NCBI GenBank assembly: GCA_944386375.1
Contig: CALXAW010000001.1
Span: 1-35,377 of the forward strand
Reading direction: 5' to 3'
DNA: 35,377 nucleotides
From: an uncultured Clostridia bacterium
GTDB taxonomy: Bacteria > Bacillota > Clostridia > TANB77 > CAG-508
Shown here: piece after piece, positions 1 through 8,283 of the stretch
Position numbering within the stretch: the first letter of the stretch is position 1
Layout: every line of letters starts with the position of its first letter
Notes under the pieces: generated by a model
Told to the model about the DNA's origin: nothing
The model's input: the letters and a program-made list of their open reading frames with translations, nothing else
The model's database searches: none
Program-made: the position numbers and the translations under genes

Positions 1-66
1 TTCTTCTATATTTTTATTATTTTTTTCTATTATATTTATTTCATTTTTTATATTTCTTATTTTTTT
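1..66 (-). CDS. Open frame of 22 sense codons (KKIRNIKNEINIIEKNNKNIEE) continuing in the same frame beyond the TAA at 67-69. Possible downstream half of the YhaN-like ATPase; runs off the window.
   Basis: The reverse complement of 1-66, read in the frame of ORF 67..1200, has no stop. Composition is the same K/N/I/E coiled-coil-like type as the preceding ORF. Too short to prove coding. Confidence 0.3.
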
Positions 67-1191
67 TTATTTTTCTTCTAAATTAATTAAATTATTTTTT
101 TCTTTTTTATTTAATTTATTTTTAAATAAATAATAAAAAATTAAAACCGTTGGGACTGTAAGAAGAAAAATATAATTAAATAATTTATTTTTTATAAAAA
201 TAAATTGTAAAATATTTAATAAAATAATTATAAAAAATAAAATAATAAATATATTTTTTATTTTTTTATTTTTATTTTTTACTTCTTCATTTTTTTTATT
301 ATTTTTTTCTATTTTTTCTTTTTTATTATTTTCTAAATTTATTAAATCATTTTTTAATAAATTAATTTTTTGTGTATTATTATTTTTTATATTTTCTTGT
401 ATTTTAATTTTTTCGTTTTCTATTTTTATATTTTCTTGTATTTTTTTTATTTCTTGTAAACAATTATTTTCTTCTTCTTTTTGCTCTATTTCTTTTATAA
501 TTTGTTTTTTATTTTCTTCAATTTCATATTTTGATTCTTTATATATTTCTAATTCTTGTTTTTCTTGTTTTATTTCTTCTATTTCTCTACTTACTATATT
601 TATTGGTTTTTCTCTAGATCTTTCTGTTCCTATTTCTTCTAATTGTTTTCTATTTATTCTTTCTATTGCTCTTTTATAAGAAACATTATCTTCACCTGTT
701 CCTATTAAATTTGCTATTTTTTGTATTAATATATTTTGCATGTTTTTTTCTATTTTTACTTCTTGTTGTAAAATAGCAGATGTAGATAAAAATAAGTCTT
801 CATCTATTTTTGTTTGGTCATAAAAAAATTGATTCCCTTTTGTTTTGTCTATATTAAATGTTTTAGAAATATCTTCTAATTTTTCATTAAATATTTTTGG
901 ATTTTTTTTATTAAATTCTCTATATACTTCAAAACTTTCGCCATTGTCTAATTTATATTCTAATTTACCAGAATAATCTTCGCCATCCCATGGTTTATAT
1001 CTTTCAAAATCTGAAATGTCTTTTCCTTTTTTATTTTTAGATGTTCCATACAAACAGCCTAAAATAAATTTTAATATTGTAGATTTACCACTTTCATTTT
1101 TTCCGTATATAATATTTATATTATCTTTTAATTCTAATTCTTTATTTTGTAATTTTCCAAAAGAATTTATTTTCATTTTTTTTATTTTCAA
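67..1191 (-). CDS. yhaN: AAA/SMC-like ATPase, YhaN/SbcC-like N-terminal part: Walker A, coiled coil, then two TM helices.
   Basis: N-terminus KINSFGKL...NIIYGKNESGKSTILKFI is a Rad50/SbcC-type P-loop. A long K/E/N/I coiled-coil follows, then a hydrophobic hairpin (IFIILFFIIILLNILQFIF ... IFLLTVPTVLIFYYLF). Sits directly downstream of an SbcD-like phosphoesterase. Likely TTG start at 1191 (GGAGTGA 5 nt upstream); the ORF track extends to 1200. Confidence 0.7.
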   Translation of the reverse strand: MKIKKMKINSFGKLQNKELELKDNINIIYGKNESGKSTILKFILGCLYGTSKNKKGKDISDFERYKPWDGEDYSGKLEYKLDNGESFEVYREFNKKNPKIFNEKLEDISKTFNIDKTKGNQFFYDQTKIDEDLFLSTSAILQQEVKIEKNMQNILIQKIANLIGTGEDNVSYKRAIERINRKQLEEIGTERSREKPINIVSREIEEIKQEKQELEIYKESKYEIEENKKQIIKEIEQKEEENNCLQEIKKIQENIKIENEKIKIQENIKNNNTQKINLLKNDLINLENNKKEKIEKNNKKNEEVKNKNKKIKNIFIILFFIIILLNILQFIFIKNKLFNYIFLLTVPTVLIFYYLFKNKLNKKEKNNLINLEEK

Positions 1192-1196
1192 ATATA

Positions 1197-2279
1197 TCAC
1201 TCCAATACTTCTAGTCCTATTTCTATAGCTCCTTGTATTATTTCTTTTTCTTCTTCGTTTTCTATTTTTTTTAACCTTTCTAGCATTTCTGCTGCAAATA
1301 ACCCTTTTAATGTGTTTTCATTTGATAATTTTTCTAAATCATATTTAGGTTTTGTTTTATTTTTTATTTTAATTATTTTTTCGTCTAAATTATATTTAAA
1401 TAAATTATATGTATTTATTTCAAAATTTCTTTTTCCTGTTAATATTATTTTGTATAATGATTTTTCTTTTAAATTAATTTCATTTATTTTTTCTATTAGT
1501 TCGTCTATATCATTTATTTGTGTACAATCTAATTCTAATTCTGTAAATTCGGTTTGTTCTATTTCTGCAAATTCTATATTTATACTTTCTTTTGTTATAT
1601 CTCCTACAATCATTCCATGTGCACCTAATTCGTCAAAACCTAAAGAAACTGTAGAACCTGGATATACAATATTTTGATTTTGTTCTTCATTATAATATTT
1701 TTTATGAATATGACCTAATGCACAATAATCAAAACCTTTTTCTTTTAATGTTTTTTTAGATATTGGATTATATTCTTGTTTTTCGTCTCCGCTTCCATCT
1801 AAACTTGTATGGATAACTAATATATTTAACTTGTTTTTTTCGTCTAGTTCTAAATTTTCTATTCCACATTGTTTACAATAAAAATCTGTAAAACCATATC
1901 CATATATATTTATTCCGTCTAATTGGACTTTTTCTATTGCGCCTTTAAAAATTTTTACATTTTCGTTCCAATTAAATTGATTATAATATGAATTTTTTAT
2001 ATATGGGTCATGGTTTCCAGGTGTTATAAATATTTTAGTTTGAGGTATTTGTTTAAATAAATTATTTATATATTCAATTGTAGATTTTCGTATATATGTA
2101 TGTTCATATAAGTCTCCTGAAATAAATAAAAATGGTATATTATGTTGTTTAATATATTCTATTACCTTTGTAAATGCTTTTCTTTGTTCTAAACGTATAT
2201 TATCTCCTAGTCCTTTTCTATCTGATAAATTAGTAAAAGGGCTATCAAAATGTATGTCTGCTATATGCACAAATTTCAT
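1197..2279 (-). CDS. yhaO: Metallophosphoesterase, SbcD/YhaO-like DNA repair exonuclease.
   Basis: Calcineurin-like motifs are present: HIADIHFD, SGDLYE, GNHDP, VIHTSL, LGHIHK. RBS AAAGGAG lies upstream. The stop is adjacent to or overlaps the start of the ATPase gene. Confidence 0.85.
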   Translation of the reverse strand: MKFVHIADIHFDSPFTNLSDRKGLGDNIRLEQRKAFTKVIEYIKQHNIPFLFISGDLYEHTYIRKSTIEYINNLFKQIPQTKIFITPGNHDPYIKNSYYNQFNWNENVKIFKGAIEKVQLDGINIYGYGFTDFYCKQCGIENLELDEKNKLNILVIHTSLDGSGDEKQEYNPISKKTLKEKGFDYCALGHIHKKYYNEEQNQNIVYPGSTVSLGFDELGAHGMIVGDITKESINIEFAEIEQTEFTELELDCTQINDIDELIEKINEINLKEKSLYKIILTGKRNFEINTYNLFKYNLDEKIIKIKNKTKPKYDLEKLSNENTLKGLFAAEMLERLKKIENEEEKEIIQGAIEIGLEVLE

Positions 2280-2350
2280 AGTTTGCTCCTTTCTTTATAC
2301 AAACTTATGTATGTATTTTACTATAATTTATTTATTAAATCAATATTTAT

Positions 2351-2378
2351 GGACTAAGAAATATATATTTCTTAGTCC
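2351..2378 (-). terminator. Perfect AT-rich hairpin downstream of the T4CP gene (terminator-like, no clear U-tract).
   Basis: ggactaagaaata-ta-tatttcttagtcc is a perfect palindrome located 80 nt after the T4CP stop. Confidence 0.35.
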
Positions 2379-2392
2379 ACATTATATCTTAC

Positions 2393-2444
2393 AATAGGAA
2401 AGTTATACTTGCTAATTAGTAGAAAAGTTGCTGTGCTCCAAAAT
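2393..2444 (-). repeat. Degenerate copy (copy 3, inverted orientation) of the palindromic intergenic repeat family.
   Basis: The reverse complement attttggagcacagcaacttttctactaattagcaagtataactttcctatt aligns with the 10835-10894 and 14912-14971 copies. Shared blocks are ttggagc, actttt, tactaattag, aagtat and actttc. Confidence 0.6.
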
Positions 2445-2458
2445 TAGCACATAATCTA

Positions 2459-4210
2459 TTATTTATTATCTTCTTCTATAGGTCCAAATAATTCGTCAAA
2501 TTTGGCTTCTAGTTCTTTTTGTAAGTCATATTCGTCCTCTTCATCTTCTACATTTATATCATTTGTAGGTTCTTCTACCTCAAAAGGCATAATTGGAGCC
2601 ATTTCTTCTTCATCTTCTGTTTCTTCTATCGGAATGTCTAGTTCTTCTAAATTATCGTCTTTTTCATTTTCTTTTATTTCTAAATCTACTTCTGGCTCTA
2701 AATCTTCTAGTAGCTCTGGTTCTACATCTATATCTATTATTGGTTCTTCTTTTAGTTGTTCTATTTGTGGTTCTGGTACTTGTGGTTCGTTTTCTTCTAG
2801 TTTTAAATCTACTTCTTTTTCTGTATTTACTGGTTCTTGTTGCTTTTGTTCTTCTTGCTCTTCAAATAAATCGTCTAAAGATTCTACTTTTAGGTCATTT
2901 ACTTTTTTTACTTCTTCTTCCTCTTCTACATATGGATTGTATGGATTATATTTTCTCCATTTACCTCTATCTTTTTCTCCTATATCATTATGGCTTATTT
3001 CACATTCTGCCATTTTTCTAGCCATTGGATGTTTAAAATAATAGAATTTTTTAGCTTTAACTGGCTTTATACCCTTTTCGTATATAATACATAAGTCATT
3101 GTCTAATCTTCTAAGTTCATCTGGTGTCATAAGTGGTCTAGCCATTATTTGCTCTGATTGTTGATATCCTTGTCTCCACATTTGTTTATCTCTATTTACA
3201 GAAAAACTTTCTCTTGAAATTGTTTTTTCTCCTAATGCTTTAGAAAAATATTCAACTGTTTTATATGAGTTACTTCCTAAAAATACATGTGTGTCACAGT
3301 TACCCATTATTGTTTCATATGACTTTTCGTATACTGCCTCTAATTGGTCAACATTTTGTAAAATAACACTAAATGATATTTTTCTACTTCTACTTGTAGA
3401 TATTTTTTTATCAAAGTCTGGTATTTTACCTATATTTGCAAACTCGTCTAATATAAAAAATGTTTGCTCTTTTAGTGCTCCACCATTTTGGTCTGCATAA
3501 TCATATAATTGTTGTATCATTTGTGAGAAAAATATTGTAAGTAAAAAGTCATATGCTGTATGTGTATCTGAAGATATTACATAAACAGCTGTCTTTTTAT
3601 TTCCTATTTCTTCAAAATCTATAGTATCTGTTGATGTAAGTTCTGCAATTTCTTTTGAGTCGAATTTACCAAGCTTTGATTGCAATGAACTTAATATTGA
3701 AGAATATGTTTTTTCTGGCGCAATTTCTATAGATTTATAATACATTCTTGCTGGATGGTCATATGGTAATTGACTCATAAGCTCTGTAAGTAAGTTACTT
3801 CCACCATTTGTATTAGCTGCTCTAACTAATTCTGCACAACTTGCTAGGTTTTGTTCTTCTTCTGGCCTTGTAGCTATTAAATAATATATTAAAGATTTTA
3901 ATAATAGTTCTGCCATATCATCCCAATATGGGTCATTTGCTCCACTTTCTGATTGTTGCCCTTTTACTATTGTGTTTGCTATAACATCAACATCTAGTTC
4001 TGACGAAATATGCATAAGCGGGTTATAACCATCACTATATTGAGGTCTTACTAAATTTAATACTTTTATGTCATATCCATTTTTCTTTAAATATCCTGCT
4101 GTTCTGTCATATAATTCTCCTTTTGGATCTGTAAATACATATGACCCTAGCATTTGGTAAGCATTTGGTATTGAATATGATGCAGATTTACCAGAACCTG
4201 AACCGTCCAA
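2459..4210 (-). CDS. virD4: Type IV coupling protein (VirD4/TraG family), ATPase portion. This is the 3' fragment of a frameshifted gene, with a roughly 158-aa acidic C-terminal tail.
   Basis: GSGSGKSASYSIPN (Walker A), FTDPKGELY, FFILDEFANIGKIP (Walker B) and HVFLGSN are typical of TraG/VirD4. The frame opens only at a TTG immediately after a TAG. The TM domain is encoded in another frame upstream. Confidence 0.85.
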   Translation of the reverse strand: MDGSGSGKSASYSIPNAYQMLGSYVFTDPKGELYDRTAGYLKKNGYDIKVLNLVRPQYSDGYNPLMHISSELDVDVIANTIVKGQQSESGANDPYWDDMAELLLKSLIYYLIATRPEEEQNLASCAELVRAANTNGGSNLLTELMSQLPYDHPARMYYKSIEIAPEKTYSSILSSLQSKLGKFDSKEIAELTSTDTIDFEEIGNKKTAVYVISSDTHTAYDFLLTIFFSQMIQQLYDYADQNGGALKEQTFFILDEFANIGKIPDFDKKISTSRSRKISFSVILQNVDQLEAVYEKSYETIMGNCDTHVFLGSNSYKTVEYFSKALGEKTISRESFSVNRDKQMWRQGYQQSEQIMARPLMTPDELRRLDNDLCIIYEKGIKPVKAKKFYYFKHPMARKMAECEISHNDIGEKDRGKWRKYNPYNPYVEEEEEVKKVNDLKVESLDDLFEEQEEQKQQEPVNTEKEVDLKLEENEPQVPEPQIEQLKEEPIIDIDVEPELLEDLEPEVDLEIKENEKDDNLEELDIPIEETEDEEEMAPIMPFEVEEPTNDINVEDEEDEYDLQKELEAKFDELFGPIEEDNK

Positions 4211-4670
4211 CTACCAATACATTTACATTTCCTCGTTTATCTACTGGCAAATAATTATCTTCTGCAAGTATTATTCCTTTTTTATTGCTTAATACTCTAT
4301 ATTGCTCTCCGTTTTGGCTCCAGTCACTTGAACCATGCTCTATATCTGAATATTCGTTTTTAGGTGCACTTCTAAAAATACCAATAATCATAAAAATAGC
4401 ATATATAAAAGTTACTATAATTAATGTTTTAAAATATGTTGTCATTCCCCCCATAGAAATTAAGCCACTAAATGATGCTGCTGGATTTGCAATAGTTTTT
4501 CCAAAACTTGCTATAAATGTTTCCACATTAAAATTGCCTTCTGCGTTTGCCATAACAATAGCATTCGAAAAGGCTGATACTAATACTACGGCTATAAATA
4601 CCCATAGTATTGCAAATATTATAAAATTCTTTTTATTTTTTCTTAAAGCTCCCTCTACTCTGTAATTCAT
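4188..4670 (-). CDS. virD4: Type IV coupling protein, N-terminal two-TM fragment (5' fragment of the frameshifted gene).
   Basis: There are two hydrophobic helices, then ...EHGSSDWS...GNVNVLVVG, which ends exactly where the P-loop should start. RBS AGTAGGTGA lies upstream. It overlaps the 3' fragment by 23 nt. Confidence 0.8.
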   Translation of the reverse strand: MNYRVEGALRKNKKNFIIFAILWVFIAVVLVSAFSNAIVMANAEGNFNVETFIASFGKTIANPAASFSGLISMGGMTTYFKTLIIVTFIYAIFMIIGIFRSAPKNEYSDIEHGSSDWSQNGEQYRVLSNKKGIILAEDNYLPVDKRGNVNVLVVGRFRFW

Positions 4671-4709
4671 TTATTTCACCTACTCTTTAGTAAAATACAA
4701 TTATTTTTA

Positions 4710-4973
4710 TTATCTTGCTTTATCTTCGTTTGTTGTATTTTTATCTTTAGGTCTTCCTCCATCTTGTGCACTTATTATCATACCATATTGTAACTCATTA
4801 CTCATTACTTCTATAGCTGGTATTCTGTTATTGTTTGTAACAACTATCTCTCTATCCATTTTTTCATTTTCATTTTCTCTAAAAACTGCTGCCATATTTA
4901 TTACTGTCATATCTATTTTTCCTGGTTTTACTGGTTTTCTCTTCACTCTTTCTAGGGTTTCTTTTTTAGCCAT
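4710..4973 (-). CDS. Hypothetical small protein (87 aa) co-transcribed with the T4CP.
   Basis: Strong RBS AAGGAGGAG. Gaps to neighbours on the same strand are 15 nt and 39 nt. No recognisable motif. Confidence 0.6.
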   Translation of the reverse strand: MAKKETLERVKRKPVKPGKIDMTVINMAAVFRENENEKMDREIVVTNNNRIPAIEVMSNELQYGMIISAQDGGRPKDKNTTNEDKAR

Positions 4974-4988
4974 AGTGAATACTCCTCC

Positions 4989-5507
4989 TTATTTCTTGTC
5001 CCTTATTTCAAACGCGAAATAGGACTTATATGGTTTTAACTTACATTTTCCTTTAACTTCATTTGTTTTTTCGTCAAAATAAAGCGTTGGCTTTACTTCT
5101 TCTGTTGTTTCTGGGTCTATAATGGATATTGCCCTTTTTAAATTAGGTGTATAGTCAAACTCTTTATATTCTATATTTTCTTCTGTATGTATAGTGTTAT
5201 ATGCAAAAGGTATTGGTTTTTTTGTTATTCGTACTTCGTTTCCAATTAAAACGCCCATATTAATAACAACTTTATCTTTACCAAAAGATAAAATCACAAG
5301 TTGATTTCCCCCTTTTTGTGGGTCGTCCACAAAAAAAGTTTTTTTAACTAAATCTCCTCTAAACTCTTCTGTATAGTCTAATCTTTCTACTGTATATTTC
5401 GGATAGTCTTTGAGGAATTCTTTTTCAGTTTCGTACACTTCGTAAATAACTGTTTTTACACCTTTTGGGTCTGTTATACTAAAGTGTTTACCTTGTGCGT
5501 TTTGCAT
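4989..5507 (-). CDS. Hypothetical soluble protein (172 aa), first gene of the T4CP operon.
   Basis: RBS GAGGTG. It lies downstream of a consensus promoter. No TM segment and no recognisable motif. Confidence 0.6.
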   Translation of the reverse strand: MQNAQGKHFSITDPKGVKTVIYEVYETEKEFLKDYPKYTVERLDYTEEFRGDLVKKTFFVDDPQKGGNQLVILSFGKDKVVINMGVLIGNEVRITKKPIPFAYNTIHTEENIEYKEFDYTPNLKRAISIIDPETTEEVKPTLYFDEKTNEVKGKCKLKPYKSYFAFEIRDKK

Positions 5508-5574
5508 TTTTTACACCTCATTCCTATGACTTAATACATAGTTTATCTTACGTATAATTTTATCACTATACATA

Positions 5575-5603
5575 ATTATACTAGATAAACTGTATTCTGT
5601 CAA
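5575..5603 (-). promoter_or_regulatory. Perfect consensus sigma-A promoter for the ORF172-ORF87-T4CP operon.
   Basis: On the minus strand: TTGACA, a 17-nt spacer (gaatacagtttatctag), then TATAAT. It lies about 70 nt upstream of the ORF172 ATG. Confidence 0.65.
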
Positions 5604-5645
5604 CATTATAACTGTATTTTCCGTAGGTTTCCAGTATTTTTTATA

Positions 5646-6545
5646 TTAGCTCTTTACCATCTCACGTGGATTAAATTTTGATATTTTTTTCAATTTTTCA
5701 AATAAATCTTTTTCTTTTTCTGTTAATTGTTTAGGTACCATTACTTTTACTTCTATTATAAGGTCTCCTCTTCCGCCTTTTCCATCTTTATAACCCTTTC
5801 CTGTTATTCGCAACTTTTCTCCAGATTGAATCCCTTGTGGTACGTATATTTGTGTTTCTTCGTCTATTGATTTTACACTGGTTCTTGTCCCTAATGCTGC
5901 CTCCCAAGGATTAAGTAATAAGTCTGTATATAAATCATAACCTTTTAATTTGAATTTTCCTAAATCTGTTAATTGAACTTTTATTAATAAGTCGCCATTT
6001 CTTCCGCCATTTTCCCCTGGCTTTCCTTGGCCTATTAATCTTATTTTTTCTCCATTTGCAATTCCTTCTGGCACAGTTACATTAAATGTTTTTATTTTGC
6101 CATTTGCAGTTTTTAGCGAAATTTTTTTATCTAGCCCAAAAAAGCCCTCTGCTAAAGCTACTTTTATTTCTGTTTCTACATTTTCGCCATTAACTGGTAT
6201 TTGCTTTTTAGATATATTTTCTTGTTTTGGTTCTATATTTCCAAAGAACATATAAAAAAAGTCACTAAATATTGAACCTTGCTTTCTTCCACTTTCGGTA
6301 AAAGCTTTTTTCTTTTTTAATACATGTGAGTTCCACATTCTGTCATATCTTCTTTTAGCTGACGAATTAGATAATACTCTATATGCTTCGTTTATATCTT
6401 TTATTCTTTCTTCTGCTAAATTGTCTCCTACATTTAAGTCTGGATGATATTTTTTAGCAGAAGCTCTATATGCTAGTTTTATATCTTCTAAAGACACTCT
6501 ACTTGTCTCTAATCCTAATATTTTGTAATAATCTTTAAAAATCAT
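5646..6545 (-). CDS. cbpA: CbpA-like J-domain co-chaperone (J domain plus two DnaJ C-terminal beta domains, no zinc finger).
   Basis: DYYKILGL...AYRASAKKYHPDLN (HPD motif), then GENVETEIKV...GENGGRNGDLLIKV...GKGGRGDLIIEV. No CxxCxGxG repeats. ATG at 6545 follows GGGAGGA. Confidence 0.8.
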   Translation of the reverse strand: MIFKDYYKILGLETSRVSLEDIKLAYRASAKKYHPDLNVGDNLAEERIKDINEAYRVLSNSSAKRRYDRMWNSHVLKKKKAFTESGRKQGSIFSDFFYMFFGNIEPKQENISKKQIPVNGENVETEIKVALAEGFFGLDKKISLKTANGKIKTFNVTVPEGIANGEKIRLIGQGKPGENGGRNGDLLIKVQLTDLGKFKLKGYDLYTDLLLNPWEAALGTRTSVKSIDEETQIYVPQGIQSGEKLRITGKGYKDGKGGRGDLIIEVKVMVPKQLTEKEKDLFEKLKKISKFNPREMVKS

Positions 6546-6595
6546 TTTACATCCTCCCAAAACTTGGTAGGTTGATTATATCAAAAAAATAGAAA

Positions 6596-6620
6596 AAAAT
6601 CTACACTTTTTGTAGATTTT
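6596..6620 (-). terminator. Rho-independent terminator after the polytopic membrane protein gene.
   Basis: Minus strand: aaaatctaca-aaaag-tgtagatttt followed by a T-run. Confidence 0.6.
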
Positions 6621-6629
6621 CTCCCTTAC

Positions 6630-8267
6630 CTATTCTTTTTCTTGTTTTAAGAATGGGGCTAGTAGCACAAATGGTATTACTAATAGTAGTGTAAATACAT
6701 ATCTTAAGCTAAATGCAAGTGGTACTGCAAGCATTATTGTTCCCCAAGTGAAAAGTGCTGGTAAAAATATTATTAAATTTTTATATCTTTTTTTATAAAT
6801 TACAAAAATGGCACTAAATATCATAATAAATAAATATATTGCCGAACTAATTGGAGTATTAGGATATATAATATTTTTTATTGATACTCCTGTTGTATTT
6901 TTTATAATATCATTTTGATTTATTCCAAAAAGTAAATCTACATAGTTCCATATCTCTGGGCTTATATAACCATCAAATGTTGCTTTATTTACATCCCAAA
7001 ATCCCATTGAGTTAAGTAAATATGCTTGAATATATTTTACAGGATTTTGCAAAAGTACTTCTCCCCATATTTTTAAAAATTCAATTTTATTGTCTTCTAA
7101 ATATTGTCTATTAAATTCTTCGTCAAACTTTATAGAGTCTACTATACATGGTTTATACATTTGTTTTATGCTCTCTTCTGGATATATGTTTTCTATAAAC
7201 TCTTTTTGTTCTTGTGACAAATTCCCATCTGTTGCTACAACATAGCAAATTTGTTGTAGTGGAACCCCTAAACTTTCTACAATTGGACTATTTAAATTAA
7301 GTTTATTATATATCGGCCCTTGCACTATAAAAACAGCTACTATTCCTATTACAGACATAATCGAAAAGCATTTTAAAGTTTTAATTAATTTTTTTCTATA
7401 TACAATCATTAATATTAATGTTATAGCAACTGCAATATACAAACCATTATTTCGTAAAAATACTACAAAAAACATAAGTATAGCATATTTTATTATTCCA
7501 CTTATTTTTTCTAAGTTTTTTCCATCTTGATATATTGTTTCTGCTAAAAAAATTGTTAATGCTAATAATGCTATACAAAATGGTGTATCTTTCCAAATAG
7601 AAATTGCATACATTGGAATCAATTTAAAAAGTCCGAAAAAGGCTGTTGCTAACACTATATATGTTGTTGACACATTTCTTTTATATAGCCAAAAAATAGC
7701 ATATGAAACTACTATTGCCATAACAAGAAATTGAAATATTGTAAAAAGTTCCATACCTGTTTGTATACTTCCATTTCCTAGTTCGATAAAGGCTTTTAAA
7801 ATAAATGTATATAATAATGGATTATTATTTTTGTATTCTTTTACTCCTTCTGCTTGATTAATTGAATCTGCTGTATCTGAAAATACTCCTCCTGGAAAAT
7901 ATGATAATATATATGGTAGCCAACAAATTATAATTATTGCTAATATTAAAAAATATACCCCTTTTTTCTTTGGTTTATTTTCCTTTTTATATATTGTTTT
8001 TTCTATCTTATTTATTATAACTTGAATACATCCCAAAACAATGTATGTAATTATCCAGCAAGCAAAAAATATAATAATGTTTTTTGCTTCTATATTATTA
8101 AAATAGGTTTCAGAAATACTGCCATTTATATTCCCTGAAAATGTTATCATACTATCTAATAATATTGTTAATGCAAATATTAGTGAAACAATTATCTTTA
8201 CAAAAAAATATAATTTATGTGTTTTAAAATCTTCTATTCCTACAATATCTTTTAATATGTTTTTCAT
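6630..8267 (-). CDS. Large polytopic membrane protein (more than 10 TM), possibly a GT-C-like or DUF6020-like envelope polymer transferase.
   Basis: Hydrophobic helices run throughout, with one larger soluble loop (residues about 330-420). RBS AGGAGA. Located downstream of murF-ddl. The family call is a guess. Confidence 0.6.
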   Translation of the reverse strand: MKNILKDIVGIEDFKTHKLYFFVKIIVSLIFALTILLDSMITFSGNINGSISETYFNNIEAKNIIIFFACWIITYIVLGCIQVIINKIEKTIYKKENKPKKKGVYFLILAIIIICWLPYILSYFPGGVFSDTADSINQAEGVKEYKNNNPLLYTFILKAFIELGNGSIQTGMELFTIFQFLVMAIVVSYAIFWLYKRNVSTTYIVLATAFFGLFKLIPMYAISIWKDTPFCIALLALTIFLAETIYQDGKNLEKISGIIKYAILMFFVVFLRNNGLYIAVAITLILMIVYRKKLIKTLKCFSIMSVIGIVAVFIVQGPIYNKLNLNSPIVESLGVPLQQICYVVATDGNLSQEQKEFIENIYPEESIKQMYKPCIVDSIKFDEEFNRQYLEDNKIEFLKIWGEVLLQNPVKYIQAYLLNSMGFWDVNKATFDGYISPEIWNYVDLLFGINQNDIIKNTTGVSIKNIIYPNTPISSAIYLFIMIFSAIFVIYKKRYKNLIIFLPALFTWGTIMLAVPLAFSLRYVFTLLLVIPFVLLAPFLKQEKE

Positions 8268-8283
8268 TAATTATTATCTCCTA

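Noticed and set aside
67-2279. The YhaO/YhaN-like nuclease plus SMC-like ATPase pair could be an anti-phage defence system (Lamassu/Gabija-like).
   Set aside because: The motifs and overlapping gene arrangement match the conserved Firmicutes yhaO-yhaN (SbcCD-like) pair. No third component or defence-type effector domain was seen.
2502-3041. Ser-rich (179 aa) and Leu-rich (142 aa, 2593-3021) plus-strand ORFs.
   Set aside because: They are antisense to the GAA/GAT-rich acidic tail of the T4CP. The low-complexity products mirror the sense codons, and there is no RBS.
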